IMG/VR virus record: IMGVR_UViG_645058824_000001
Coordinates: 18,138-82,137 of that record
Reading direction: 5' to 3' (one strand)
DNA: 64,000 bases
Source of the DNA: a virus
Lineage: Duplodnaviria > Caudoviricetes
Below, piece by piece: positions 9,065-17,694 of this stretch. A model generated the notes under the pieces. It was not told the origin of the DNA. It worked only from the letters and a program-made list of their open reading frames with translations, and did no database searches. The first letter of the stretch is position 1, and each line of letters starts with the position of its first letter. Both the position numbers and the translations under genes were made by a program.

Positions 9065-10467
9065 CAGAGCACCACGTCCGCCACCGGCTCCGCAGCGGCG
9101 GCAGCAGGGGCGGGCTCCAGTTGACTCATCTGTTTCTCGATGATGCCGTTCAGGCGGCCCAGCGAATCACCCTGCTCAGCCGTCGTCTTCCAGCGTTCGA
9201 CATCGGTCTGCGTGACCCCGGGGATCTTCTCCCACAGCTCCTGCGGAGGAACCCCGAGCATCGTGACGAGCTTGCCCAGCGCGTCCACGGTCTGGGCGAG
9301 CGAGCGTGCCGACGTGTCCCGCCACACGACCTGAGCCTGGGTGTCCTCCCAGGCACCCTGATCGCCTGCCGCCAGTCCCGCCAGGCGCAGGGCCTGCTCC
9401 CAGCCCTCACCGAACAGCGATTCGCGTTCGTCGATCTTCCGGTCGAGACCGTCGCGGGCGGCTGCCAGAGCCTCCGCCGACAGGTTCACCATCTGCCCGA
9501 GCAGGTGATACGGCGGCACCTGCGACAGGGTCGATATATGCCGGATCGTCGCCTCACGACTGTCGAGATAGCCCTTGAGGTCGGTCTGGCTGAACTCGCC
9601 GAACTTCGTGTCCGCGTCCTCGGCGACGAACAGGCCGTCCACGCGGGAGCGGAACGGTTCGATCGGGTTGCCGTCGTCGTCCTGCGGCGGCGCCATGCCC
9701 GTGACCCACCGCTGCCGGAACGCCGCGTACTGCTGCGCCATCAGCAGGTTGAACGTGGTCATGTTCAACTGATCCTGGGCGTCGATCAGCGGCTCGACCT
9801 CGCCGATCACGCCGTCGCCGTCGAGGTCGTCCGTGTTGACGAAGCGGACCACCGGGCACACACCCAGGTCGTGGCGCATCACGCCGTTCTCGCCCAACTT
9901 CAGCCCGGAGCCGTCGACGTTACCCACCAGCGTGTAGCGAGCCTGATCGTCGTACACGCGCACAACGCGCCGCTGGCCCTTCGCCGTGTTCTCGAGGCGG
10001 TCCTCGATCGCGTAGATCGGCCACTCGTCATTGACCGGATCCGCATACAGCGCGGTCAGACGCCGCGGCGAGAACGGGGTGATCACCGGCACTGGCTTGC
10101 CCGGCATCACCACCACATAGGCGGCGCCGTAGGTAAGCGCGGCCCGGTGCACACCGTGCTGCCGCGCGTCCAACCGGTTCGCCTGCCACACCTGCCACGG
10201 CGAAGCGTTGTCGTCCGCGCCCTTCGGCCGGTAGCCGTCGACGTACATGTTCTGCGAGACGACCGTGACGACCAGCGGCAGGATCTTCACCTTCGCCCGC
10301 TCGATCAACCACCGGTACTCCGCCCGAGCACCCGCAGGAACATAGACGCTCGCGTGCTTGCCCGCCATGTAGTCGGCGATCCGCTGCAGCCGCGGCTGCT
10401 CCACCTCGCGCAGCTTCAGCAGCCGGCGCGCCGTGGAAACCGCCTCGTCTTCGCCCATCAACGGCAT
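9064..10467 (-). CDS. Portal protein (SPP1 gp6-like)
   Basis: Follows terL; HRAALTYG, GEVEPLIDAQDQLN, QYAAFRQRW, LSAEAL motifs. Confidence 0.92.
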   Translation of the reverse strand: MPLMGEDEAVSTARRLLKLREVEQPRLQRIADYMAGKHASVYVPAGARAEYRWLIERAKVKILPLVVTVVSQNMYVDGYRPKGADDNASPWQVWQANRLDARQHGVHRAALTYGAAYVVVMPGKPVPVITPFSPRRLTALYADPVNDEWPIYAIEDRLENTAKGQRRVVRVYDDQARYTLVGNVDGSGLKLGENGVMRHDLGVCPVVRFVNTDDLDGDGVIGEVEPLIDAQDQLNMTTFNLLMAQQYAAFRQRWVTGMAPPQDDDGNPIEPFRSRVDGLFVAEDADTKFGEFSQTDLKGYLDSREATIRHISTLSQVPPYHLLGQMVNLSAEALAAARDGLDRKIDERESLFGEGWEQALRLAGLAAGDQGAWEDTQAQVVWRDTSARSLAQTVDALGKLVTMLGVPPQELWEKIPGVTQTDVERWKTTAEQGDSLGRLNGIIEKQMSQLEPAPAAAAAEPVADVVL

Positions 10468-10486
10468 GACGCGCCTCCTCCCCCGC

Positions 10487-12136
10487 TCACGCGAATCCGT
10501 GGACGCGTCCAGTGCGCCGCCGCTTCTTCTGCCGCTTCGCCCAGTCCGGCGACGCCAACAAAGCGCGGCGCGCCATGTCCGCCAGCTGCATGCCTGCGAA
10601 GCCGTCCACCTTCTTCGGGGACTCCCGCGACTCCTTGCCGAACGACACACCCCACTTGTTGGGTCGTCGCCGCGCGTTCCCCACGTGTCGTTTCAGCACC
10701 GGATCGCCCGTGTGCAGGATCTTCCGGTCGATGATTGCCTGCACTAGTGCTTCGGTAGCCTTCGTCAGTTCCTGCTGGTGGCCACGCATGTCGTACCCGA
10801 TCAGCGATCGTGCCGACGCCTTCACCAACAGCTCGTCGCGGTACGTCTCGCCCCACTCGTCGATGTACGACTCCCACAGCTTGACGTCCGCGAAGAACGC
10901 CCGGACCTGGAAGCGACCGAAGGCGTGCGCGACCAGATCGGAGACCTGCTTGCGGTCGACTTCCCAGTTCTTGCCCAGCGGTCCTTCGGGTCGCTCCCAG
11001 ATCCCCAGCGGCTGAACCAGCCGGTCCGAGATCCGCATCGCGATCAGTACGGTCGCGTCGTCGGACTTGCCGCCGTCGAAGCCGAGCGTGATCTCGTCCC
11101 CGTCCTGCAGGCGCTCATCCGACAGGCACTTCGCCCACTCCCCCGGGTCAAGAAGCGCATCCTCGGCGGCCACCGGCTGGTTCAGCCAGTACCGGCGCGA
11201 GTCAGAAGGCGACGACTGCGGATCCCAGATCTCGGCGATGATGCCGTCCAGGTCCATCCAGGCCGCCGCCGGCCCGTATGCCTCCTTCAACCCGGCAAGC
11301 AGAGCATCGCGGTCGGCGAGATCAATACCGTCGGTGGCCTGCCGATGGTCGAAGAGGAGGCCTGCCGCGTCCGCATCCCGGATCCGCCCCTCGCGGATGG
11401 CCTTGTAGTAGGTATGAGTTGCCTCGGCGACCGAGTCCTGCCCAGGCTCGTACATCGTCGACGTCTCGAGGCACCACGGTTCGGCTTCCTTGCGCTTACG
11501 CAGGTTCCGCCGCACCGTGCCGTGCATACGCCGCAGCTCCGGCAGCACATACAAGTGGGTCTCGTCGAAGACCGCAAAGGTCTCCTTACCACCGTCCTTC
11601 GCCGCGGACGACGCCGTCGACGGGGTGATCTCACCCCGCTGGTGGTGCAGGATGATCCGGCTCGAGGACTGCGCCGACTTGCCGATGTCGATGCCGGGGA
11701 AGTCGTCGCCATGGTGCTCAATGAGGTACTCGAGCATCGTGGAGACGTTGTCGTAGGTGTTGCCGGACTGGCCCTCTTCCGTGGCCAGGCAGCGAATGAA
11801 CGGCGACTTCACCGGCCTGCCGACCGGCTCCCCGCTGGCGTCCCAGCCGTCGAACCGCACCGGGAACAAAGCCTCCGCGCACACCAGCATCCCGGCGATC
11901 TCCGACTTCGCCCGGCCCTTGGCCCGCGACAGGAACGCCCGCCGGTACACCCGCCGACCCGTCTCCGGATCAAGCCGGTACGCCTTCACGATGAACGCAT
12001 AGAACTCATCGTCCAGTTCGATCGGCTCGCCGACAACGTCGCCAGGACCGTGGCACAGGTACTCCTCGATGTGCTCGACGATCTGATGCCCAAGCGAAGG
12101 GAACTCGCCTTCGTACTGGGGGCCACGCCACGGCAT
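10487..12136 (-). CDS. terL: Terminase large subunit
   Basis: LSRAKGRAKSE (Walker A-like), AVFDETH (Walker B), LGFDGGKSDDAT nuclease, KVDG. Confidence 0.95.
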   Translation of the reverse strand: MPWRGPQYEGEFPSLGHQIVEHIEEYLCHGPGDVVGEPIELDDEFYAFIVKAYRLDPETGRRVYRRAFLSRAKGRAKSEIAGMLVCAEALFPVRFDGWDASGEPVGRPVKSPFIRCLATEEGQSGNTYDNVSTMLEYLIEHHGDDFPGIDIGKSAQSSSRIILHHQRGEITPSTASSAAKDGGKETFAVFDETHLYVLPELRRMHGTVRRNLRKRKEAEPWCLETSTMYEPGQDSVAEATHTYYKAIREGRIRDADAAGLLFDHRQATDGIDLADRDALLAGLKEAYGPAAAWMDLDGIIAEIWDPQSSPSDSRRYWLNQPVAAEDALLDPGEWAKCLSDERLQDGDEITLGFDGGKSDDATVLIAMRISDRLVQPLGIWERPEGPLGKNWEVDRKQVSDLVAHAFGRFQVRAFFADVKLWESYIDEWGETYRDELLVKASARSLIGYDMRGHQQELTKATEALVQAIIDRKILHTGDPVLKRHVGNARRRPNKWGVSFGKESRESPKKVDGFAGMQLADMARRALLASPDWAKRQKKRRRTGRVHGFA

Positions 12137-12144
12137 GACACCCC

Positions 12145-12603
12145 CTACGCACTGTCCTCGCTCACGATCCGCAGGTTCTTCCGTCGATCCGACGTCGACC
12201 GCGGCGTCTCCGCCGGAGCCGGCTTGTCCGCCGGAGTCTCGATCTTCAGCTTCAGTCGCATCCGATCCTCCGGAGTCGCCCCATACTTGGCGGCCCGCAA
12301 CCGCACCTCGGACGCGAACTCCCAGCGCCCCTTGGTCCACATCACGTGGTGCAGCAGCGCCGTGTCGAGCAGGAAGTCCCAGTCGGTCTCGATGAACACC
12401 TGCGCCTGCGCCGACCTGCGCCACGTCTCCCACCACTGCCGGGTCCGCGGATGCCAATCCTCGTCGTCCGGGAGAACACCCTCAGGGAGCAGCGGACCGC
12501 GCAGCTCCCCGTCATCCTCCACCCGGTTCAGCTCCGCATCCCGGGCCTTCGAATCCCGGGCACGCGACCGCGTCGCCTTCGGCGCCATACCGCGACCAGC
12601 CAT
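12145..12603 (-). CDS. terS: Terminase small subunit
   Basis: WHPRTRQWWETWRRS...DWDFLLDTALLH...GATPEDRMRL; directly upstream of terL. Confidence 0.85.
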   Translation of the reverse strand: MAGRGMAPKATRSRARDSKARDAELNRVEDDGELRGPLLPEGVLPDDEDWHPRTRQWWETWRRSAQAQVFIETDWDFLLDTALLHHVMWTKGRWEFASEVRLRAAKYGATPEDRMRLKLKIETPADKPAPAETPRSTSDRRKNLRIVSEDSA

Positions 12604-12616
12604 CAGGGGCACCCCC

Positions 12617-13219
12617 TCACAGCAAGTCAGCGATCACCTGAGACAGATCGGCCAGCGAAGACGGAGCACCCTCGAACGGCTCACCCGTCACAGTGATGTA
12701 GCGGCCACGGTCGTACACCTCGACAGAGGCCTCCCCGCGCCGGATCCGGCGCCCCCGCTCCACCGTTCCGTAGCCCCAGATGTGCAGGCCTGTACCGGAC
12801 GGCGACACCTCGATGTACGTGCGCGGCACCCGGTCAACGATCTCCCGCGCCCAACCCGCCAGCACGCCACCAATGAGAGCGTGATCCAGGTCGATGCACA
12901 CCAGACGGTCCACCGGGCTCAAGACGAAGCCGACACCCACGCCAGCCGTCGACCGCTTCGCCGCGCTGTACGAGCTCCAGGTCTCCGGATCAGTCGACGA
13001 AGCCGCAGACCGCTTCGGGCTGCGGGCCGACAGCGGCACCTTGCGATCGCTGTACCGAACCCACTGAGAGCGCCGCGTCATCGCGGCCGGCACCGGATCC
13101 GACTGCCGCTGCCGAGCTCGGTGAGCAGCCATGCGGCAGCGGCCCGAGCAGAACCGCGCGTTGTGCGCATGCCGCGCACCAAGGTGCTCCCGGCAGTGCT
13201 CGCAGCGCTTCGTCTTCAT
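12617..13219 (-). CDS. Zn-finger + Prim-Pol (AEP) domain protein
   Basis: N-terminal CxxC...FCSGRC; CIDLD, EVSPSGTGLHIW and RYITVTG motifs. Confidence 0.8.
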   Translation of the reverse strand: MKTKRCEHCREHLGARHAHNARFCSGRCRMAAHRARQRQSDPVPAAMTRRSQWVRYSDRKVPLSARSPKRSAASSTDPETWSSYSAAKRSTAGVGVGFVLSPVDRLVCIDLDHALIGGVLAGWAREIVDRVPRTYIEVSPSGTGLHIWGYGTVERGRRIRRGEASVEVYDRGRYITVTGEPFEGAPSSLADLSQVIADLL

Positions 13220-13258
13220 GCACCCAGTCTACGGGCATGTGTGACGGCAATCTGCACT

Positions 13259-13480
13259 CTGACCTGCACTGATACAGGTCCGTGACGTGCGGGGAGCCGC
13301 AGAGGCCGGCAGTGCTCGAACGGCAAACGTGCAGGTCAGAGCATGATCATCAGATCCCCAGAGTCGCGCGCACTCCGGGAAGCTAACGTGCCCGATCCTC
13401 AGATCCGGATGATCTTGGAGGTACCCCCCAGGGTGATCTTGAAGGCATGATCACCCTGAGATCGATCAAGGTCGGCTCGA
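13259..13480. other. Probable cos / packaging-initiation region
   Basis: Non-coding gap between the HNH gene and the terminase block; about ten GATC motifs; 10-bp inverted repeat CAGGGTGATC/GATCACCCTG (13429-13458); 11-bp inverted repeat 13259/13330. Confidence 0.55.
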
Positions 13481-13481
13481 C

Positions 13482-13793
13482 TCAGTTGATCAAGCCGGGG
13501 TGGGCCTCGGCCGGCCGGCGTCGGGGAGGCTTGGCATGTGCCACGGCCGATGCCTCACGACCGGTCTTCTGATCATGGTGCCACTGGCACAGCGCCCACA
13601 GGTTCGCGTCGCTATGATCGTCCACGCCCAGGGCGGCGCCCTGCTTGTGGTCCACCTGATTGGCCGGCTCGCCGCACAGGCCGCCCGCAGCGAGTGGCCA
13701 CTGACAGACGTAGCCGTCCCGCTTGAGGATGCGGCGGCGGATGCGATGCCAGCCCTTCGGCAAGGGTGCTGAGCGCCGGCCTTGGCTGGGCAT
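13482..13793 (-). CDS. Small terminase-associated HNH endonuclease (HK97 gp74-like)
   Basis: RRRILKRDGYVCQW...QVDH...NLWALCQWHHDQKT; next to the putative cos. Confidence 0.85.
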   Translation of the reverse strand: MPSQGRRSAPLPKGWHRIRRRILKRDGYVCQWPLAAGGLCGEPANQVDHKQGAALGVDDHSDANLWALCQWHHDQKTGREASAVAHAKPPRRRPAEAHPGLIN

Positions 13794-14043
13794 CAGTCCT
13801 TGTCCTTGCCGCCGTGGGCGTTGGGTCCGGGGCGTTCTCCGGTGGCCCGCTTGTGCAGGTTGGAGCACAGGCCATCGAGCATCCGGCCCGGCTTCACGTA
13901 CTTCCCGAGCTGGACCCGGCAGCGGTCGAAGTCCCCCGGGGAACCCCAAGCTATCTTGACCCTAAAGCGGCCCCCGGACCGTGCGCCCAGTACTCCATGA
14001 GGCGCTCGGTCGAGACGGGGGCCTTGCCAGTCTTGTCGACCAT
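13793..14043 (-). CDS. Small conserved phage protein interrupted by an 8-nt out-of-frame segment that starts with TTA (recoded gene or pseudogene)
   Basis: Frame 1 MVDKTGKAPVSTERLMEYWAHGPGAA then TTA GGG TCA AGA TAG; frame 2 KIAWGSPGDFDRCRVQLGKYV...GLCSNLHKRATG to a TGA overlapping the HNH start; GGAGG RBS. Confidence 0.65.
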
Positions 14044-14056
14044 GGGGATCACCTCC

Positions 14057-14932
14057 TCATCTCTTGATGGCGCGCAGGCGCTCGTACAGGTCTCGGTCCT
14101 TCTGCGTAGCCCTGTTGCACTTGCTGGTGTTGCAGATCAGATGGGCTAAGGCGAGGTTCGCCCATACGTGCCCGGGATACTCCGGGTCGCTGATCGGGAT
14201 GATGTGGTCCAGGCTCGCCATCATGGGGTGGTGACCGTTCAGTTCCCGGTCGACGGGCAGGCTGCATATGTGGCAGATCCATCCGTCACGCTCGAAGACG
14301 TCTCGTAGACGGACCGGCTCCGCTGGCGCTTGAGCCGCACGGTTTCGACGGAGGTGCTTCCCGATGAGCCGTCGGCACCGCTCCGAGCAGTAGATCGCGG
14401 CGCGATGGGTGTCTCGGGGAATGCCTCGTGCGCACACTTCGCACTGCCGCTCTACATCAACGTACTCAGGATGACGGCGGTGGTAGATGCGACAGCGCAC
14501 CGAGCATGTGATCATCCGTGTATCAGCGGCGCTGAACGCCGAAGCGCATACAACGCAGATGGCTGTCCATGGCTGTCCTAGCTGTCGCGCTCGCGCGGCG
14601 AGACCGCTGCACCGAAGCGTGCAGTACTTCTCTCGCCCGGTCTTAGCGGAGAACGCCGCACCGCACTGGGGGCAGAGTGCAGGACGGGCCCGATTGGCTT
14701 GGTGCTGCTTCTCCTGGGCTTCGTAGCACTCTCGGCAGTAGCGGGCGTTGCCGTGCCGGTCGGAGATGTCTGTTCCGCAGCCGAGGCACTCTCGTGTAGT
14801 CGGCACGGCGGTGCCTGCCCTGCGGGCCTTGCGAAGCCGGGTACTGCACTTGGGGGAGCACGTAACGGCGTCTGATCGAACGCTGGTGAACGAACTGCCG
14901 CAGGCAGCGCACGCTCGCGTATGGTTGGTCAT
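14057..14932 (-). CDS. Free-standing HNH endonuclease with multiple CxxC...CS zinc-finger repeats
   Basis: About five CxxC/CSxxC units, then VFERDGWICHIC...SLDHIIP...NLALAHLICN. Confidence 0.85.
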   Translation of the reverse strand: MTNHTRACAACGSSFTSVRSDAVTCSPKCSTRLRKARRAGTAVPTTRECLGCGTDISDRHGNARYCRECYEAQEKQHQANRARPALCPQCGAAFSAKTGREKYCTLRCSGLAARARQLGQPWTAICVVCASAFSAADTRMITCSVRCRIYHRRHPEYVDVERQCEVCARGIPRDTHRAAIYCSERCRRLIGKHLRRNRAAQAPAEPVRLRDVFERDGWICHICSLPVDRELNGHHPMMASLDHIIPISDPEYPGHVWANLALAHLICNTSKCNRATQKDRDLYERLRAIKR

Positions 14933-14991
14933 GTCGGTCTGCTCTCATCAGATCGGCCACGCCCCGGGAGTGTTGGTAGCACTCGCCGGGG
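14933..14991 (-). promoter_or_regulatory. Two tandem hairpins upstream of the HNH gene; the second occludes the RBS region
   Basis: CCCCGGCGAGTG-CTACCAA-CACTCCCGGGG, then GGCCGATCTG-ATGAGAG-CAGACCGAC ATG. Confidence 0.55.
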
Positions 14992-14993
14992 TC

Positions 14994-15218
14994 CTACTTG
15001 TTCAACGCTGGTGTGTTGTCTGCTGGTTCCTCTTCGGGCAGGGGTTCGTCGTCGCGTTGGATGCTGGCGCCTTGTCCGGAGGGGATGGCGAGGCAGTCGC
15101 CTTGGCTGTCGGTGAAGATGGCCCAGCCGGCTTCGAAGCGGAGGGTGAGGTCGTCGCCTGAGAGTCGGAGGTCGTCGCGTCGTTGTTCCCGCGGGTGGAT
15201 GACGAGGTAGGCGGGCAC
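14994..15218 (-). CDS. Hypothetical protein
   Basis: GTG after GAGGAG; GC3-rich ORF in the operon. Confidence 0.65.
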   Translation of the reverse strand: MPAYLVIHPREQRRDDLRLSGDDLTLRFEAGWAIFTDSQGDCLAIPSGQGASIQRDDEPLPEEEPADNTPALNK

Positions 15219-15220
15219 GT

Positions 15221-15424
15221 CTACTCCTCTCCGCTGCGTTCGGTGTCGCTGCCGACCGCCCATCCGCCGAACCCGGCGCGCCGGTCGGGCGGGGTGTTGG
15301 CGACGACCCCGTAGAGTCGGACGGCTGCGTCTTCGGCGCGTGCGAGGGGGTCGTCGTCGGCGCCGTGGACTTCGACGGTGATCTCGCGGACGCCGTCGCC
15401 CAGCTTCACCGTCACGTCAGGCAT
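15221..15424 (-). CDS. Hypothetical protein
   Basis: Tightly packed ORF. Confidence 0.65.
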   Translation of the reverse strand: MPDVTVKLGDGVREITVEVHGADDDPLARAEDAAVRLYGVVANTPPDRRAGFGGWAVGSDTERSGEE

Positions 15425-15965
15425 CGGGGTTGATCGCGTCGTGCAGCTCGGCGAGCCGGGCGTCCCACCAGCGGGACAGGCTCACGCCGAGCGGCGGGGG
15501 TCCGGCCTTCACCCACTGCTCGTAGAGGTCGATGACGCGGGTGACGTCCTCCTCGGCGGACCGATGCAGGGCGGCGAAGACGCGGGTGGTCTTCTCCTTC
15601 TCGGCCGCTTCCGGGGCGGGCCACGTCAGGTTGCCGTCGGCGTGGCGACCCGTGTGTCCGGCGGGCAGCTTGCAGCGTTCGTTGCCGAGGGCGTTCGGGG
15701 CACTGCTGCCTGCCTGGCAGGGAGTCACGGGCTCGTAGGTGGCGGCGAAGATGTCGGGCTTGACCGGGTACAGCTCGCCTTGGACTCCCCGCACGATCCA
15801 GTCGCCGAGGTTGGCGCGCATCGTGCCTTCCAGGGTTTCGATCAGCAGGCAGCCGATGTCGAAGCGGATGCCGTCGCCGAACTCGGCACGGATCTGGTCG
15901 GCGGACGCGGCGTCGGTGAACTGCACGGCTTCGATCTCGACGGGGCGCTTACGGTAGCGGGCCAT
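15417..15965 (-). CDS. Conserved phage protein (YRKRPV-IEAVQF / TLEG...GDWIVRGVQGELYPVKPDIF family)
   Basis: Recognisable motif. Confidence 0.75.
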   Translation of the reverse strand: MARYRKRPVEIEAVQFTDAASADQIRAEFGDGIRFDIGCLLIETLEGTMRANLGDWIVRGVQGELYPVKPDIFAATYEPVTPCQAGSSAPNALGNERCKLPAGHTGRHADGNLTWPAPEAAEKEKTTRVFAALHRSAEEDVTRVIDLYEQWVKAGPPPLGVSLSRWWDARLAELHDAINPDA

Positions 15966-16147
15966 CAGCGGGTCACCGCCTTGGCGTCCTGGTGGTGGAC
16001 GCTGCGGACGTTGGCGACGGGCGCGAGGGCGACGGCCTGCTTGTCGAGGTAGAAGGTGTAGTCGCGGGCGTCGGGGTCGTACTCGACGCCGTCGGCGGTG
16101 ACGTGCTCCGTCGTTCCGTTGAGGTAGTTGATCGTGTACTGGGCCAT
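15965..16147 (-). CDS. Hypothetical protein
   Basis: Coupled ORF. Confidence 0.65.
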   Translation of the reverse strand: MAQYTINYLNGTTEHVTADGVEYDPDARDYTFYLDKQAVALAPVANVRSVHHQDAKAVTR

Positions 16148-16164
16148 GGCGCGGGCTCCTGTGG

Positions 16165-16692
16165 TCAGGGTTTCCAGTTGGGGCCGCGGAGTGCGGCGGG
16201 GACGTCTCGGGTGTGGGTGCGTGGGGCGAGGATGTCGGCGAGTCCGAGGCGTCCGGTGGCGGGCTTGGGTTCGGGCGGTGTGGGCCGGTCGAGGCTGGCG
16301 AGGATGTCGGGCGTGATGCCGTGCGCGTGCGCGAGGTCCAGCAGCTCGGGGCAGTCGTTGAGGTTGGTCGTCAGGTCTTGATCGCAGGCTTCGCAGTAGT
16401 TGGACTGCGGCCAGGCCCGGTGTCGGGCGAGGATCCGCCGGTCCGCCTCACAACGACGCAGCACGGTGGTCACGGACTGCACGGGCGCGGGAACCCTGTC
16501 TCGCGGTTCGACGCCGTACTGGGCGATGTCGAGCTGCAGCCCTTCGGCGGTGTGGGTGATGCCGGTGACGGTGCCGGTGATGGCGGGTCCGCCGTCGTGC
16601 GGCTCGATGATGACCTGCCGGTACTCCAGCTCGGCACGGGCGGAAGCTTCGACGCGGTCGACTTGCTGGGTGATCCAGGCGTGGAGATCCAT
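16165..16692 (-). CDS. DUF6221-like protein
   Basis: MDLHAWITQQV...LRRCEADRRILARH...CPELLDLA. Confidence 0.65.
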   Translation of the reverse strand: MDLHAWITQQVDRVEASARAELEYRQVIIEPHDGGPAITGTVTGITHTAEGLQLDIAQYGVEPRDRVPAPVQSVTTVLRRCEADRRILARHRAWPQSNYCEACDQDLTTNLNDCPELLDLAHAHGITPDILASLDRPTPPEPKPATGRLGLADILAPRTHTRDVPAALRGPNWKP

Positions 16693-16713
16693 GGCGCGGG
16701 CTCCAGCGTGGGG

Positions 16714-16902
16714 TCAGTGTTCGTGGACGCGCCTGACCAGGAACCCTGACCAGGTGCGGATCTCGTAGTCGTCACCGTCGCAGTTCTTGATCAGGCAGAC
16801 GGTGCGGTCCTCGCGAATGCCACGTTCCGGCTCAGGTTCCGTCTGGCCGATGCCGAGTTCACGTTCGAGCTGGGCGATCCGCTGATAGTCCGGAGAGGGC
16901 AT
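16714..16902 (-). CDS. Hypothetical protein
   Basis: RBS-preceded ORF. Confidence 0.6.
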   Translation of the reverse strand: MPSPDYQRIAQLERELGIGQTEPEPERGIREDRTVCLIKNCDGDDYEIRTWSGFLVRRVHEH

Positions 16903-16926
16903 GGCGCGGGCCTTCCGTGGGGTCAG

Positions 16927-17124
16927 TCAGTGCTGCCGCTGGTGCCGTTCGGCTTCAGCGATCAGCTCGGGCAGGGATGGGCTGTAGTCCTTGGGCCACC
17001 AGCGGACGTCACCGCGTCCAGCAGTCTGGGAGCACTGGTCGCAGGTGAGGGCGACGATCGGAGCGTCGACGGACGGTTCGTCGGCGCAGACCCGGTAGCC
17101 GTCGAGCCCTTCGACTCCGCTCAC
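16927..17124 (-). CDS. Hypothetical protein
   Basis: GTGA overlap with the methyltransferase stop. Confidence 0.55.
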   Translation of the reverse strand: MSGVEGLDGYRVCADEPSVDAPIVALTCDQCSQTAGRGDVRWWPKDYSPSLPELIAEAERHQRQH

Positions 17125-17684
17125 GTCCGCGTCCACCACCAGCACCCGAGCGTTCCGCCACGGAACGTCTCGACCTTCCCGCCGAGACTCGCCATGACGG
17201 CGTCCATGTCGTCCGCATCCCACTGGTGCAGGTGCGCTTCGTGCGGGTTGCCGTCCACCTCACCCTGCGGGCTGTCGACGATCGGCACGGACACGAGGAT
17301 GTGGTTGGCGCCGGGCGCGTCGTCCGGGCCCTCGACGATCCGCTCCAGCAGGGCGACCGCATCCTCGCGGGGCAGGTGCTCGAGGACGTCGCCTGCGACG
17401 ACGAGGTCGCGGTGGAAGAGGTGGGCGGGAGCCTCACGCGCGTCCATCACGTGGATCTCGTCGTACATCTTGCGAGTCTTCGTGGAGTTGAGGCGGTACT
17501 TCTTGATGTACGGCCGGTGCACCTCGATGCCGGTCCACCACACGCCGGGCTCGTCGGGCTCGTGCGGCCGGAACAGCTTGGCGTAGGTGCCTTCGCCGGG
17601 ACCGATGTCGCACACGGTCTTCGGCAGGTGGCGCTTAAAGCGTTCGAGGGACCAGTCCTTGCCCTCGGCGTCACTGGTCGGCAT
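17121..17684 (-). CDS. Class I SAM-dependent methyltransferase (small-molecule/glycan type)
   Basis: VCDIGPGEG motif I, GIE motif II, DLVVAGDVLEHL. Confidence 0.85.
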   Translation of the reverse strand: MPTSDAEGKDWSLERFKRHLPKTVCDIGPGEGTYAKLFRPHEPDEPGVWWTGIEVHRPYIKKYRLNSTKTRKMYDEIHVMDAREAPAHLFHRDLVVAGDVLEHLPREDAVALLERIVEGPDDAPGANHILVSVPIVDSPQGEVDGNPHEAHLHQWDADDMDAVMASLGGKVETFRGGTLGCWWWTRT

Positions 17685-17694
17685 GGCGGTCTCC

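Noticed and set aside
10778-13285. Long plus-strand ORFs (835 aa here; similar ones at 9121, 29301, 47580)
   Set aside because: Antisense shadows of high-GC3 minus-strand genes.
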